Shown: positions 38,446-52,816 of the stretch, one piece after another | Position numbering within the stretch: position 1 is the stretch's first letter | Layout: every line of letters begins with the position of its first letter | Origin: Microbotryum violaceum | Taxonomy: Eukaryota | Length of the DNA stretch: 64,000 bases | Direction: 5' to 3' | Assembly (NCBI GenBank): GCA_001244265.2 | Contig: CDLV01000010.1 | Location: 806,001 to 870,000 of the forward strand | Position numbers and translations under genes: made by a program | The notes under the pieces: generated by a model | What the model saw: only the letters and a program-made list of their open reading frames with translations | Told to the model about the DNA's origin: nothing | Databases searched by the model: none

Positions 38446-41400
38446 TCACCCCTGGCTCAAGCTCCTTAGGGCCGAAAGCCTTTCAAACACCTGCTCCGTG
38501 ATCACTTTCTTCTGTTCCGCGAAATAAGTCGACACCCCCGGCGCAGTCGTCGCCATCGCCTCTCTTCCAACATATTCCAACTTGTGTCCCGAGGGTAAGA
38601 TCTGACTCAAGCGAGGGTAAACGAACGTATACGCCCCTGCGTTCTCTGGCTCCTCTTGAGCCCAAACGAATGATCTGGCGTTGGGATAGGCTTGGATCGT
38701 CTTCTCTAATACGGCGTAAGGGAAGGGTGAAATCTCTTCCACGCGAATGAAGGTGATCGCGCCGTCGAGGGAGCGCGTGGTACGTTCTTTGATGAGGTCG
38801 TAGTACATCTTGCCGGAGAGGAAGACGACGCGTTGGACTTTCTCTGGGGAGTCGAGGGTCTCCGAAAGGACGGGTTGGAAACTCGTCCCGGGGCCGAATT
38901 CAGAGAGAGACGAGGAGGCGGACTGGTGGATGTTTGAAAAAACCATCTCAGCAAAAAGACAGATGAAATCAGCTCGAACAAGGAGTACTCACTGGAAGTC
39001 GAAGAATACCCTTGGGGGAAAAGACGACCAGAGGCTTGCGGTACTCGCGCTTCATTTGGCGTCGCAAAAGGTGGAAGTACTGGGCCGAAGTCGTCACATT
39101 GACCAAATGAATATTTGGTACAAAATTCTTCCTCGTCATGGGCTCGTTGGTTAGCTGAAGGAATCGCTCAATCTTGGCTGAGGAGTGTTCCGGCCCGGCC
39201 GAGTCGAAGCCATGGGGCAGCAGCAAGGTCAAAGCGCTTTGCATACCCCACTTGGTCTCGCCTGAGCCCAAGAACGTGTCCAGGATGACCTGAGCGGTGT
39301 TGTTAAAGTCACCAAACTGCGCTTCCCAGAGGGAGAGGATGTTGGGCGAGACCCAAGCAATGCCTTGTTCGAAACCGACAACGGCATATTCGGACAGGGG
39401 CGAGTTGACGACCTCGAACGTGCCGGGCCCAAGCTTCTGCAAGGGGACCGTTGTCCGCGACGAGTTCTGATCCGCAAAGATGGCATGTCTCTGCGAAAAG
39501 GTACCGCGACCAGAGTCCTGACCATCAAGTCGGACGTGGTAGTTCTCCTCCATCAGCGATCCGAAAGCAAGGGCTTCGGCCGTCGCAAAGTCGAGCCCCG
39601 AGCCAGACTCGAGGCTCTGAAGCCTCTTGGAGATGTGCATACGTCCGAGACGAGGATGGATGGTGATCTCCGAGGGAATCTCGACGCTCTGTTTGCCGAT
39701 CCGCGTAAGCGCGTCCACCTCGACTCCAGTATCCACGGAGTGAGCCCATTCGCCGGCGACAGGCCACTTCATCTTGTCCCATCCACGTGGACGGTCGAGG
39801 TCCGGTACGATAAAGTTGTTGGGCTCGGATGCGACGAGAGATTCGTCGAGTTGCGCTGCCAGAGCTTTTCGTGTTTCGGCTGCCACGGCAAGATCGAGAA
39901 TCGCGGCCTCAATCAGCTGCCTCTCGTACATTTGAGGGACCGATCTATGAAATTGCAATAGGGCTTTCAGTGGCTTTATCTAAATACTTGGTGCCGGTTG
40001 TCACTCACGGGAGGTTCGCAATCTTCTGGTACATGGTGGGAGATGTGTAAGCCGGTTCATCGAGCTCATTGTGTCCTCGTCTACGGTACACCACGAGATC
40101 AATCACGACGTCCTTCTTGAACCTCCTGTGAGACCCAAAATCACACGTAAGCTTCATACTCCGAGGTCCACTACGATTACACCTGAGAAAGGTACTGACT
40201 GCTGATACGCCAAAGCGAGCGACATCGCCCTCGCCACATCCTCAACTCGGTCGCCGTTGACATGGATGATAGGAGCAGCGATACTCTTGGCCAGGTCGGT
40301 CGCATAGAACGAAGTACGACCCGAACTTGCCGGGGTAGTGTAACCAAGCTGGTTGTTGACGACGATTCGGATCGAGCCTCCGACGGTGAAGTGGGGCAAA
40401 TCCGCGAGGTTGAGACTCTCAGAGACGACGCCTTGTCCACCGAATGCGGCGTCACCGTGAATTTGGATTGACAGAACCTTCTCTCCGAGACCTTGAGTAT
40501 CACTGAAGGGGACCTGTAATCCGCGTGCGAAACCGAGTGCGACGGGTCCCACGGCCTCGAGGTGGGACGGGTTTGGCAGCAAGTGAACGCCCATTGAGGA
40601 TGTGTACTGTGCCGAAAGGAACAGATGGGACAGAACGTCATCCGAGAAGTCGGGCGATTTGAGGTGCTCGGGCAAGGTGGGAAGGCCGCGCATCTGAAAA
40701 TTGGGACAGTTGATCTAAATGTCAATTTCGCCGATCGCAATCGCCGATGGGTCGACAGGAGCTGACCTTGCGGACGAGCAGCCTCATGTCCATGCCAAAC
40801 AGCTGGGTCAAGACGTTCAAACGACCTCGATGAGGCATAGCGATGACCGATTCTTGAATTCCTCTCCTCTCCGCATCTTCCATCAAGACCGCTAAAGCGA
40901 CCATCATGCTCTCGGCACCTTCGAGGCCGTAGCGCTTGACATTAGGGAACCTTTTGGCGGCCCAGGCGTCGAAGCCTTCACTCGCTGCGAGCAATCGCCA
41001 GTACTCGAGTTGCTTCTCGGACGGGATGGGGCGAGAATGCGATGTCTCGAGCATATGTTCTAGGAACCTTCGCTCATGCTTGGAGGGAAGATGCATGAAC
41101 TGAATGGGGGCAGAGCAATCGGTCACGTGACTTAATGTGAGCTTCTGATCGCCCGTCGCGCGACCGATTATCACAAGAGGCAACGGATTGAGACGCACTT
41201 CATAGCCAACACCACCGCAATAGACTTGAGAGAGCCACTCCGAGATCTCTTCGATCGACCTAACGCCGCCCTTCATGTTTTCGGGAAAGTCGAGGATGCC
41301 TCGGGTATCGACCTCGGTCGACTGGATCGCGGCGGTCGAAGGCGGTAACACCTCGGAACGGAACTCTTCCCTTGATGGCGGAGCACTCAACTTGAATCCG

Positions 41401-41859
41401 TATCGTCGGGTATCCAACGCGGGTACGTTAGGTCGTTCGGCGAGGTCGAGCGGGTCGAGGCGGGCGGAGCGATGACCGTGTCGCTGTTGAAGGAGACGAG
41501 AAGGCACGGAGTGCACGGGATGCCGAGAGCAGACCGAAGGAGTGAGTGAGTGAACGAACGCAGCCGTCCCACCACTTGATCTCCGGAAGAGGCCCCGAGC
41601 TCGGTCTTGGTATGGGCTTCAATCAGGGATGACTTACACGATAAGATTCGACCAAACGCAGCAACGAAGCGTTCTCGGCTCGGTTTTGTAGCTCTTGACT
41701 CGTAAAGTCGGGTAGAGTGAATTGTCGTGGCGACTGATAGCCCCATACGCCCTGATCGTGCAAAGACCGCCGGAGACCGGCACCGCGGTCTCCAGTGGCC
41801 AGAAGCGAGGCACATGACGATGGCGTGGCCTTGAGCTGCCGCCGAGTGAGAGATAACAT
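38446..41859 (-). CDS. DHTKD1: 2-oxoadipate/2-oxoglutarate dehydrogenase E1, DHTKD1-like, with putative mitochondrial presequence; multi-intron
   Basis: LHDQGVWGY (DHTKD1-type N-terminus), [43 protein letters not shown] motif [10 protein letters not shown]...[56 protein letters not shown]. Confidence 0.92.
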
Positions 41860-42379
41860 CTCTTTGAGAGCGAAAGAGTGAGTGGAGGAGGCAAGGGATA
41901 CGGGACAAGAGCAAAGGAAGGCTGAGATAGCAGTGGCAGGCCACTGCAGGCGCACGCGCTCGCTCGGAGTGCTTCGGCAACGAAAGCGCCCAAACGCGTG
42001 GGCCCCGAGATCGCCCCCACATGTCACGTGCCCCCACGCCATGACGAAGAATTTTCACATGTCGCCAAAAGCCTAAAACTTGGAAAGCATAGGGCTTATG
42101 ACTTTAGCGAGACCTTGCAAGGGTCGACCTCGTGCTTGCTGAGCTGTAGCGAAGCCGCAATGTGCCGAACCTGGCTCGCTCACTGCAGCGCGGTACGCCG
42201 CCGCCGCCCATCGCCCTCTGCGCCAGGCGACTCACCGGGCATGAACCGGCTGTGCTTTACGCTCATTGCCCGCCCTCACCTGCTGTTAAGCTCATTTGAT
42301 GTATGCGAGTGATCTTCTTTGACTTGGTTTGTGATAGCTTAGATACAACAATTGAAGAAGTAGCCCCTTCCATCCTTCA

Positions 42380-45300
42380 CTACAGGAAACACGCCCTCAA
42401 CCGTACCATCAACTCGGCATCCTCGCCTTCCAACCTCTGCTGACCCTTCGCAGACTTCTCCAGCCTAAACGCCAGCTTGCATACGATATGACTCCCCTGC
42501 AGACCCAGCGGTCCATCAGGCTTGGGCGACGCCTGAAGCGCTTTCCGAAGACCCTCGAGCGTCGCTTGGAGATCCTCCGCCGAATCGACCCAATCTCGAG
42601 TGATGACTTCGTAAAGTTCCGGTTCGACAAGATCGTCCTGATAAATGTTCGGCTTTTCGACGGCAAACAACAAAGAGCTCGGTCTCGAAAGTAACGCCAG
42701 TTCAGCCTCGATTTCCTCTTTTGTGTGACGCAACTTCGTCGGTCCCGCGGTACGCAAGATGGATTCGATGCAGCGTCGTTCGGTTTGAGCGAACCCATCG
42801 CTCCATTCACGAGTAACGATTGTTGAGGCGTATTCTCGTACAGTCGTGTCGTCGTCTTGGACGAGGCGGAGAAGGAGACGAGCAAAGAGGTCGCTCTGGA
42901 CAATTTGAGGAAGGCGGAGTTCGGCCAGTGCGTATGCGGAGGCCTCTCGAGATTCGATGGACTGTGAACAGCGAGAAGATGCGGTTAGTGCCTATCCCTT
43001 CCCGATTCCTGGAGGTTTCTCGAACTCACCTCGTAAACATCCGACGCCATCCTAATGGTCTCAAGCACATCTCTCGCACGCCGCTCATCACCCCGAAGAT
43101 TCGCCAGCTTGGCCAACAGCGGCAACAGTGCCTCCCTCAGCGGCACGATCTTGGTCGTCTCCCACTGTCGAATCAACCGCTCAGCGATTTCCTCTAATTG
43201 AGCATTCTCGGAATCCCATTCCGCACTCGTGAGGATCTCGATTGCCCAAATTCGGCACTCCGAAGCGGCCGTCTCCGAAAGCGCGACATCGAGGACGCTC
43301 GGCAAGACCTTCGTGTGAAGGAGAGCGTGGGCTTTAAGATACTTAAGAGCAAGACGTTGTACTTCTAGGAAAGGAGCAGCAAGACCACCGATGAGGAGAT
43401 TTGGCTGAGAAGGTTCGTATACGAGTACGACGGAGAAGGCGGCGGCGACGAAGTTTTCGGCCGAGGGTAGGTGCGCGACACTTTGGCCCCAGGAGCGAGT
43501 CGAGTCAAGTTCTTCGTGCGCAAGGTCGAGGAGCACGTTAGACTTTTGGCCATGCGAGAGGGCACAGACCCGTACGATGTTGAGGTACGCCGTTCGTACC
43601 GAGAAAGAGTGATGACGAGCGAGCAAGACGGGCGCCAGTTTTACAACGCGCGAGAAGACCGTCGATCCGTCTTCATGGGAGAGGTGGGCCGCTGCCTCGA
43701 GCAAGCGAAGAAATTGCACAAGACGACCGTGCGTTTCGTTCTCTCCCAAAGTATCGATCCCAACCAGCAGGTCAATGCAGACCGAAGCGACGGCCCTGGC
43801 TTGGACGAGTCCCGTTAAAGCATCACCAGCAGCATCACGGATCTTCGCAGACAAGAGTGGGCGAAGCAATGCATCAGTACAAATGAGGCACAGCTGGTAC
43901 AGTGATTGTTTCCATATCTCACCTTCCAAACACGACTGGTCGCACAGGCTCGAACGATCTTGATGAACGGATCCGCCAACGCATCATTGTTAGACCCGAC
44001 CTGGTTCGGCGACTGAAGCAGCGACAAGAGCATCAAGACCGAGAACAAACTCGAATGCAGATCCGAGGTCGGTAAATCGTCGAGGTTGTCCTTGGTTGAG
44101 CGCTCGAGCTCGGTTTTCAACACCCCATGCAAGGAGGGGAATCGACCGAAAAAGTCGGCGGTGCTCATACGGATCTGTAAAGACGCATGATCTCGAGCCA
44201 AGTTTATGCGACGAGGGGTGAAAGCTCGCGTGACGAGTGCGGCGTACGTCATCATCGCAACGTTGCGACAAATCCAATTCGAGGACCAGAAGAGGGAGAT
44301 GGAGATGAGGAACCCTCGTTCGATGTAAGGAGCGACACCTGGGGTCAATTTGGAATCGAGGAATGCCGTGCGCAGCGTGTTCATCGCGTGGACGCGACTC
44401 TCATCCAGGATCTCACTCGACGTCGACTCGGCAACATCGAACAAGCGCACGAAGGCAGCGTCAAAGGTCGGTCGATCCGCCGAGAGCACGACGTTGAGAA
44501 TGCCGACGATGCAGTAGGGTATTCCGGCCGAGCGACGCGTGATCGAGATTTTCTGCGAGACGATCGAATCCAAATGCATGCGAAGCCATGCAGCGGGGAG
44601 CGCCTTGACTTCGGGCCAGTCCTTGCACTGTAACAGAGCAGCAGCGGCTCGCGAATAGCACGGATGTAAAGCCATGAAGGCGCCGCGATGTCGGATTCTC
44701 GCAAGCCATGTGGCGAACAACGACCCAATGTGCTGAATCTCTTCGAATGACCAAATCGAGCGGAAGGGATCCGCGCCCAGTTCCGACGGTAATCGAAGGA
44801 TTGTCTCGAGCAACTCGCCGGCTTCCTTCATCGCCCGCCATGTCGCGGACAAGATGACCTTGTGCATCGGCCCCCCGACACCGTCCGCAAGGTCTTCGGG
44901 CCCCTCCATCTCGACGTCGTCGCCCTCGAAGCGTAAAGCTCGAGCTTCTTCGGTGTCGGTGACCATCGCCTCCGCCGCCGCTTTCTGCGATTCGGTGACG
45001 CCCTCCGGAGCACTCGCGGCGAGGACGGGCGAGGTGACGCTCCATACTCTTTCAAGGATGGCCAACGCGCGATGGAACAAAGCTCGCCTCTCTTCAACGG
45101 AGGAGAGTCGATCCAGTGAAGCGAGCGGGATTGAGATGAACAAATGGCGCAGGGCGATAAGCGTGCCGTGCATTGGAGAGGTCGAAGCCGCTCGGCCAAG
45201 ATCAGCCTCATGAGCCGCAAGTTGAGCGTCGGCCAGATCCATCAGACTGTTGAGGAAGGCGACTGCGCATGTATTAACGCAACAGTACAATCAGCCCCGC

Positions 45301-47451
45301 ATCGCATGTCTTGTTTCGTGCCACGGCGACTTACAACCTGGTGCACCTGCAATCCCACCCTCTCTTTCGGTCCAACCCCCAATCTCTCCCAACTTCCATG
45401 ATCCTTCACCCTCAAGCACCCACTTTCTCCAAACGAGTCCCACGATCCCCGCCCCCGCACTCGCCTCTGACTCTCTCCCACTCCTAACCATTCTCAACGC
45501 CGGCACCAAAAGCTCTTTCTTAGCCCTCTCCCCCCCTTTCTGCCCTTCATACCCCGGCAAAGGGGCGGGGAATCGTTCCAACAACACTATCGACAATTCC
45601 CTCAACGAGGTATACGTGCTCAACAACAACCTCAACAGCGTAAACGTCGTTTTGGCATTGATGAGATCGACTCTGAATGGCCATGCACCGGGCGAGGTCC
45701 CATCATCGGCTTTGCCGCTCGCTGCATCGTCGTCGATCTTTTTGTGCTTGCGCTGGAAATGAGGCATCGTCGTGGGTGCTGTTTTGCGATAGGATGAATA
45801 GCCGCTCACGTGTTTGGGCCCGGTCGACTTGCCTTCGACGAGGGGAATGGTCGATCCGAAACGTTCATCGAGCTTGGCTTGTAAGAGCAGGTCCAAGAAC
45901 CTCAGAGCGTTCGTACGGATCCGGAACGGTTTAGCGGGGTTCAGATTCGCCAACAAGTCGTTCGTCCACCACGTAATGAAGGACTGCACAAGAACGACGT
46001 ATTGGATCGAGGCAGGGTCGGCAAGTTTGTCGACTTTGCGTTGGGCCTTCCATGCTGAGTCACGCAAACGGAGGAGCAGTTTCCCCGAGAGGGCGATCGA
46101 CGTCATGCGAAATTCGCCGTCCTCGTCACCCAACGAGTAGTTGTAAAACGTTCGAATCAGAGGAAAGTTGGAAGCGGGGATTGCGAGGTGGTTCGAGGTC
46201 GAGAGGACGAGGAGCGCGAAAGCCGAAGTGCGCAGCGAAGCCGAGGCGTGGTAGAGACATTTTTGAATGAGTTGCTGAGGCACGACGACAAGATGTGGGT
46301 CTCGGTCCGTCGATTGTATATCTTCGACGTGGGCTTCTTCGGCAATTTCGACGAGATGAAGTTGATGCCCAACCTTGAGCAGTGCCAAAAGGATGTGCAA
46401 CTCGTCCTCGGTCTTTTGGTTCTCCTCGTGCAGATACCTGCCCCGCTGCAAGATCTCCTTAAAGCCAGCTCGCTGCTGTTCAAAGATGCCGGGAAACAGG
46501 TACAGACACAAGTTTGTCCGCGCCGATCTCGAAGCGGATTGAAGGACGTCAAGCGAGGGTTGGATCCAAAAAGTGGGGTCCTGTCCCTCGAGGGCCCAAA
46601 CCTTGTTGTTCCAGTTGGTGACGACCCTTCCCGCAGGGTAGGCCATTTCATCCGAGACGGCCATCCCTTCTGCGAACCTGCGAACGATACCCGACGGCGT
46701 GGGCTCGTCGGGTCGAGGTTTGAAAGCGGCCATGTCCTCGAGGGTGGTCGACTTGCGCGTGATGAGCACGTCAAAGGTGTTCAGGGTCCTCTTGACGGTC
46801 CAGGGAGCGACGGCGATCTTGGCTCGGAGATGTTCGAAAACGATGTGAGTCTCGAGCACCTCGGCGAGATCAAGGAGAGAGACGAGGGCTGATCGGATCT
46901 TGGCCAGAAGGACTGAAGGTCCCGAGTCGTAGGAGAAGTAACTGGCGTCGGCGAGTCGGAGCAACATCGGCGAGTCAAAGACGGCGACGATGGGACCGGC
47001 TTCACCGTTGCGAAATTGGGTCACGCATCTCGTCAGGAGCAAGGTGAGGGTATCATAGGCCAATACGGTCGTTGCATGGGCGTTCTCGGGCGAGGTCGAG
47101 GTCGAGGCTGCTAATGCTAACGTATCGAGGACGAGCTCGATCGCCCGAGCCATGTCGAGCGGTCTAGAGAGGTCAGGAACACAGTCAGTATCCCATATTG
47201 CCCACATCTCAAGAGGCCCAGCTCGGAACGACTCACCCTGAGTCATCTTGAGCCGCTTGGGCCGTCGACTGAGGTGGTGTCGTAGTGGCGTGCTGCTGCT
47301 CCGGCTGCTTGCCCTTGCCGTTGGCCTTCGCAGCGGCAGCATTGAGCTGCTTGGCGTGTGCAGCGGCTACCCGAGCATCCTTGACCAGTCTCTCGCGTAG
47401 AGCGACGATTTCCTGATTCTCCTTGACCTCGCGATGATCGACGACACGCAT
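42380..47451 (-). CDS. TRM732: Trm732/THADA (DUF2428) tRNA Nm32 methyltransferase partner; multi-intron
   Basis: ARM-like large protein with IRHRGAF, SITRRSAGIPYC and RVHAMNTLR motifs; ORFs 45291..47342, 43815..45290, 42985..43929 and 42380..42757 join via GT-AG introns. Confidence 0.92.
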
Positions 47452-47896
47452 CGTTGCGGGTTTGCGCACTCGGACGTGTGGGGGAGGCCGCGAGAGGTCG
47501 AGCAGCGCCGGATCGTGGAAGCGACTTCGCACCGAGGAGCTCCGGGCGCACAGGCTCGCACGGGCCTCTCGGATCGGACTCTGGAGCTGTGGAGCTTGCC
47601 GGCCGATTGTGGACATTCCCCGGCCGGATTCGCTCCGATCGCGAATCTTTCGGACCCACTGTCGATTGGCAATTTTGGTGCGAGTGATTTTGCGTGTGTT
47701 TGGGGAAAGGGAACTATCTTGGAAATAATCGGACGTTGATGGTCATTGTTCAGGCCTATTGTATATTTAACATCCCCGACTCGGAGGCCGTCTAAAAGTA
47801 ATCGTTGCCCGCGTGATTCGAGTCAGGCGCCTCGCGTTCCCCCACTCGCTCCTCTCCTTGCAAGGCGCACGTCGCACCGCAGCACTCGCCCGTAAC

Positions 47897-49722
47897 ATGA
47901 CCGCCGCCTCCATCGCCGCCAGTCTGGCCCAGCTGATTGGACTAGGCGAGTCCTTCTACCCGCCTTTCTCTGCAGCGTACCGTGAGCAGCTCCGCACGTG
48001 ACGTCGCTCACCCCAGCTCTCTCTGGCATCGCTGACGTCGTCGTCCACACGTTCAAACTTGCTCGTTACCTCCACAGACGAGCCGACCGTCGCACAGCAG
48101 ATCCTGCCGTACATGACCTCGATCAAGACAGCGCAGCAAGTCAGCAACTATCTCGAGGTACGTCCCGTCTCTTTCTACATCCTTTCAAACTTTCCCGAGC
48201 TGACCTCCATCCCCCCCCCCAGACCCTCTTACCGCCCGGCCAAGCTTCACGCGCCTTGATCGAAGCCTACCTCGCACAGAGGTTCCCTGCACCTGCTGCT
48301 TCCCGACCTCAGCCTCCCCGATCGTCATCAACCGCAGCCAAAGCAGACCCCTGGGGCACGGCCAAACCAACTCCCGCTGCAGCACCCACTCGTGCACCCA
48401 ATATGGCAGCGATGCAAAGTCAATTCGCATCGACCGGAAAAGTCTACGTCAAAAACCGCGATGATCTCGATCAGGGTAGAAGGGGTGGCGGAGGCACTGC
48501 TTCTTCGTCGAGAGCAAATTCCTCCAGTCGAGCACCGTCGGGCACGACCACACCTGTTCCCCCACCTATGGCGCCATCATCATCATCATCATCATCGGTG
48601 GCAACACGATCTAGCAAGCCTCCCTTCCACCACCACATCAATGACATGTCCTCCCTACCAACGCCCCAAAGCATTTCCCTCTCCGAAACCGGTCGATCCC
48701 AACTCGCAACCCTCGACACCTCTCTCAAATTACTCCGGCTCCGGCCCTCCTCTTCTTCTTCCTCTTCCCCCTCCAAGAGAGCCTGCTTTTGTTCCGCGCG
48801 CTACCACCCCCTTTCTCCTTACTCACCCATCTGTCCAAGCTGTGGCCTTGTCCTCTGTTCCTTGAATCCACCCTCTTTCCCCTGTCCTTCATGCCAACAC
48901 CCCCACCTCATCTCCGCACCTTTGCTCGAATCCCACATCAACACATTGGAAACGCAACGTTCTGAGATGTTGGAAAGGGAACGTCGAAGGACCGAAGCGG
49001 AGAAGGAACAAGAAGCTCTCGAACGAGCGGCGATTCGGTTCCCTGAATTGGGAGGCGGGGACCGTGCGCACGTCGCTCAGGGAGCAGGGTCAGGTCGTAT
49101 GGGGTACGCTGGTTTGGTGGGAGGAGGTAAGGTAGGGGCATTGGATATCCAAGCGAGGATCAACAGGGGCTATGCCCAGGGACGGATGGTCGGTGGGAGG
49201 GAGTTTGGTGGCGGTGGCGCGGGAGGGGGAGGCGCACCGCAAAGGGTATTGAGGTTGGATACGAAGACGAGTAAAGTAAAGGTACAGACCAAGACCAAGG
49301 TCGTCAAGAAGAGTGAACCGAAACTGGATCGAGGGAAGGCCGAGTATCTCGAGAAAGAGGAGGAAGTGGATGAATGGGAAAGCTCGAGGTGGATCGATGA
49401 ATCAGATGATGGGTGGCGTCTCAGGAAGGGACTCTCACCACTCGACCACACGACGACCACGCAAGCCGATCGGGACGCAACAAGACCTTTCCTCAACCTA
49501 ACTATGGACGAGAAAGACCAACCCCTCTGGATCAAACCATTGACGATCGATTCTGAACCTCTTCCTTCCACAATCGGAGTGGACATCGATCTTGAAGCCA
49601 ACACGGGGAGGAGGAATGTTCCTGGTGCTGCACCTAGTAAAGTTTTGGAGGGAAAGAAGAACAAGAGGAGTAGGAGGGCCAAGACCGAAGAAGCGACTCC
49701 TTCCTCTGCCGTAGGGGCTTAG
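47897..49722 (+). CDS. RQT4: C2HC5 zinc-finger protein, Rqt4/ASC-1 (TRIP4) family; 2 introns
   Basis: CFCSARYHPLSPYSPICPSCGLVLCSLNPPSFPCPSC fits zf-C2HC5; N-terminal LAQLIGL|DEPTVAQQILPY...YLE|TLL. Confidence 0.85.
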
Positions 49723-49831
49723 ATAGTATCTTCCTCTGTCGTAGGGGCGTAGATACCGTGTGTATTTGCAATTGCATGTCATGATGCTCAAATTATTTAT
49801 TCACTTTCCTTTTAACTTCCTTATGCTTCCT

Positions 49832-51243
49832 TCACTCCCAGATGAGTTTCCCATCATTATCCAACGAGGCGTACATCCCCCCACTCTGCAATTTGGTCGG
49901 ACCCGACCCGGGTCCACTCGTAGGATAACTGACGCTACGGATCCCACTCTTCTTGCCCTTGTTCCTTTGCACGTCTTGATCGAGCATCCTGTGGTAACAG
50001 CGGCTCTTTCAATCACTCGAATCAAAAAGGACGTGTTGATGACGAAACTTCACTCGTTACGAACCTCGTCCTCTCCAACTGTTTTTGATGAGCAGCCAAT
50101 CGCTCAAGACGTTCTTGCTCCGCTGCGTCCTTTACGGCCGCGGCTTTGGCCGCCTTGGCTTGGTTCTCGCGCTGTTTCTTGGTCATCGCGGCTTGAGCTG
50201 AGGCGGTAAGGGCTGAGACGGATTTAGGTGCTGATGGTGCGGGGTTGGAGGTGGAGAACGCTGCAGCGCCGGAGGAGCTCGCTGTGGAAGAAGCGGATTT
50301 GGTCGGTTCTGTTGAGGATCGCAAATAAACCTGCATCAGCGTGGTGCGTCATCATCAATTTCTATGATGACTCACTCTTACTCCTCGCAACAACCCAACC
50401 GTCATCCTCCTGCCCCTGCCCGTCCCACTCCTCCTCCCACCTCTCGTCCTCAATTGGCCTCGCACCAATTGAGCCTCCGACAACTTTAAGCACCCTCGCG
50501 ACCTTGACGGTAGGATCATGTTGCTCATCCCTCATGTCCTTCAATGCCGGATCGGCGACTTCGGGAGAAGGCTTGGCGTCGTGGTGTTTCTCCGCTGCTG
50601 AGATTCCCGAGACGGGCTGCTTGTCCTTTTTGTTCTTTTTGGTTCCCGATGCTGAGGGTGCCGCTGCTGCTGCTGCGGCCGCGAAATAATCATCCGTAGC
50701 TGCTGCTGCAGGCTTCTTGTTCGAAGCGTTCGCAGAAGTCTGGTCCTCCGCACCAACTGCAGCAGCATCAGCGAACGAGGTCGGTGCCTTATGGGGAGGC
50801 TGAGCCGACTTGGCACCAATCGATGACGTGGTCGACGGTGATTCGGGGGTGACTACCTCGGCGTAAGACGGCTCTGTCGAAGCTGCATTTGCTGCTGGCG
50901 TAGTTTGCTTCTTTTTCTTCTTCTTGGACGTTCCTCCAGTTGCTCCATCCGTCGGAGCCTTCTTGCCACTGCTGGAGGTGTTGGACGACGTGGGGGTGCT
51001 CGTCGAAGCCGAAGCTACTTTCGTCTCCGCGACCGCCGGACCTCCCGCAGCGTTGACCTTCTTCTTGTTCCCCTTATTCTTCTTACCCGAACTCGTTCCA
51101 CCACCCGCCGCATTAGTCGCCTTGTGATTCCCCTTGTTCTGAGCGAGCACGTAGACTCCAGCTACCAAGGCGCCTGTTAGAGCGATGTTGATCAAGGTCG
51201 AGACGGAGATCGTCATGGAGCCGATGTCGGAGAAGGTCGACAT
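49832..51243 (-). CDS. Hypothetical protein with N-terminal TM anchor, K/A/S-rich linker and C-terminal coiled coil; 2 introns
   Basis: ORF 50362..51243 (TM: LINIALTGALVAGVYVLA) splices to TKKQRENQAKAAK...ERLERLAAHQKQLERTR and a last exon ending GGMYASLDNDGKLIWE*. Confidence 0.75.
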
Positions 51244-51497
51244 CGTTCTTTTGTTGAGGGTGGCGCCAATTGAGATGGGTTTGTGGTTGTAGGTGAGGAA
51301 GGGGAGGAAGTTGAGGTGGCGACCCGACGTGCTCGCTCGCCTTAATTACAGTGTGAAGATCGACCGATTTGATCCACGAGAGGTCCGTGCTCACGAGGCA
51401 GTCATGGCCAAAAATTACGTGCCACACATCACGTATCTAGCATATAGACTACTCCATGTTTCCACAAACATACACGACACTCGATTCTAGAACAACA

Positions 51498-52816
51498 TCA
51501 CCCCTGGAAAGGCAGATCATACTTCGTCGCCTCGGCCTGACCCCCAGCGGCGAACCCAGTCCCCTCCCGACGCAATTCGATGAACGCCGGTCCCACCTTC
51601 TTCTTCTTCTCGGATGGAGTTGTCGATGTTCCGCAGTGCGCGCATTGCCTGTCGGGGATGCAGAGCGTTTCCATGCAGGTGCCGCTGCGGGAAATGGAGT
51701 GCCGCACAAAGAAAGAGGATTAGCTCAATCTGTTCCGGAATGCAACGAATCAGGCATGGGGTCCAAGTCTCGACGACTTACCAAACGACATGACCACAGG
51801 ATCGAACGACATACGCCTTGACGTTGTTGGTCAGGCTCTTGCGGCAGACAGGGCAAATGCACGCGACGCCTTTGGCCGAATCGGAAGCGTCCACTTCGAA
51901 TTGGACATTCGTCAACGTTTTCAGGCTGGTGTCGAGAGGCAAGAAGGCCAGCAACGTAATTTAGTACACGAAAGCTGGTGTTCACAAAGGTGAGACAACG
52001 ACGTACGAAACGGGATGAGGCGGTTTTGTGGCGTGACACAGGGTCTGCAGCTTTACATCGAGTACTGAATCCGGTGTTGCTGAAGGTGTCAGGGAGGGCT
52101 GCAAGGCAGTCACGGACGGGAACAGGTTAGCACCAAAGACCTCCTTCGCTGCAAACGCCACAGACAACACACTCACCAGCCAAAAATTGGGCAACTTTGC
52201 TTTACTCTGTTCGGCCAACTCCCTCGCCGTCCGATTCAGCGCCTCGACCGTCGCCTCCTCGGCCAACTTTTCGACCTCATTCTCGTCCAACTCGAACGCG
52301 CCTGTGTTCCTCTTCTCCCCAGCCTTCCCCAGTTCCGCATTCGCCCCCCCTGTCCTCCTCTTGGCCTTCCCATCAATGAGCCCACTGCCCAACCCATTCT
52401 GACTCGATTCAAACTCATCCACGACCCTCTGCCTCGCCGCCTCTCTCGCGTTCTTCATCTCGACCTGTGCCTCGCGCCGAATGCTCTCCAAGATCGCCTG
52501 TTGGCGTTGCATGTCCTTCTTCTGCGCGACGAGGGCGGAAAGTATGCATTCGTGGCAGTAGAGATGTCCTTCGTCGCACGTCTTGGGGTCTCGCGCGACT
52601 TGGAGGCATAACGAACACGCATTGAAGTTCTATCGTCGCACACACGTCAAGATATCAGCTCCACGCCGCACTGAAAAAAAAGGAAGACGGCTCTTGGCCA
52701 CGGACCTTCATCGCATCCCTTCCTAACCGTTCGCGCTTGGACCCATCCTTGAGCATTTGGCGCTCGGCGTAGGTGAACGACGACGCGTTGGTGTTGTTCT
52801 TGGCGTGGCGGACCAT
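51498..52816 (-). CDS. NOSIP: NOSIP-like RING/U-box protein; multi-intron
   Basis: MVRHAKNNTNASSFTYAER...RLGRDAMK|NFNACSLCLQVARDP...GHLYCHECIL, LPNFWL|PSLTP, CPVCRKSLTN...CGHV, ELRREGTGFAAGG. Confidence 0.92.
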
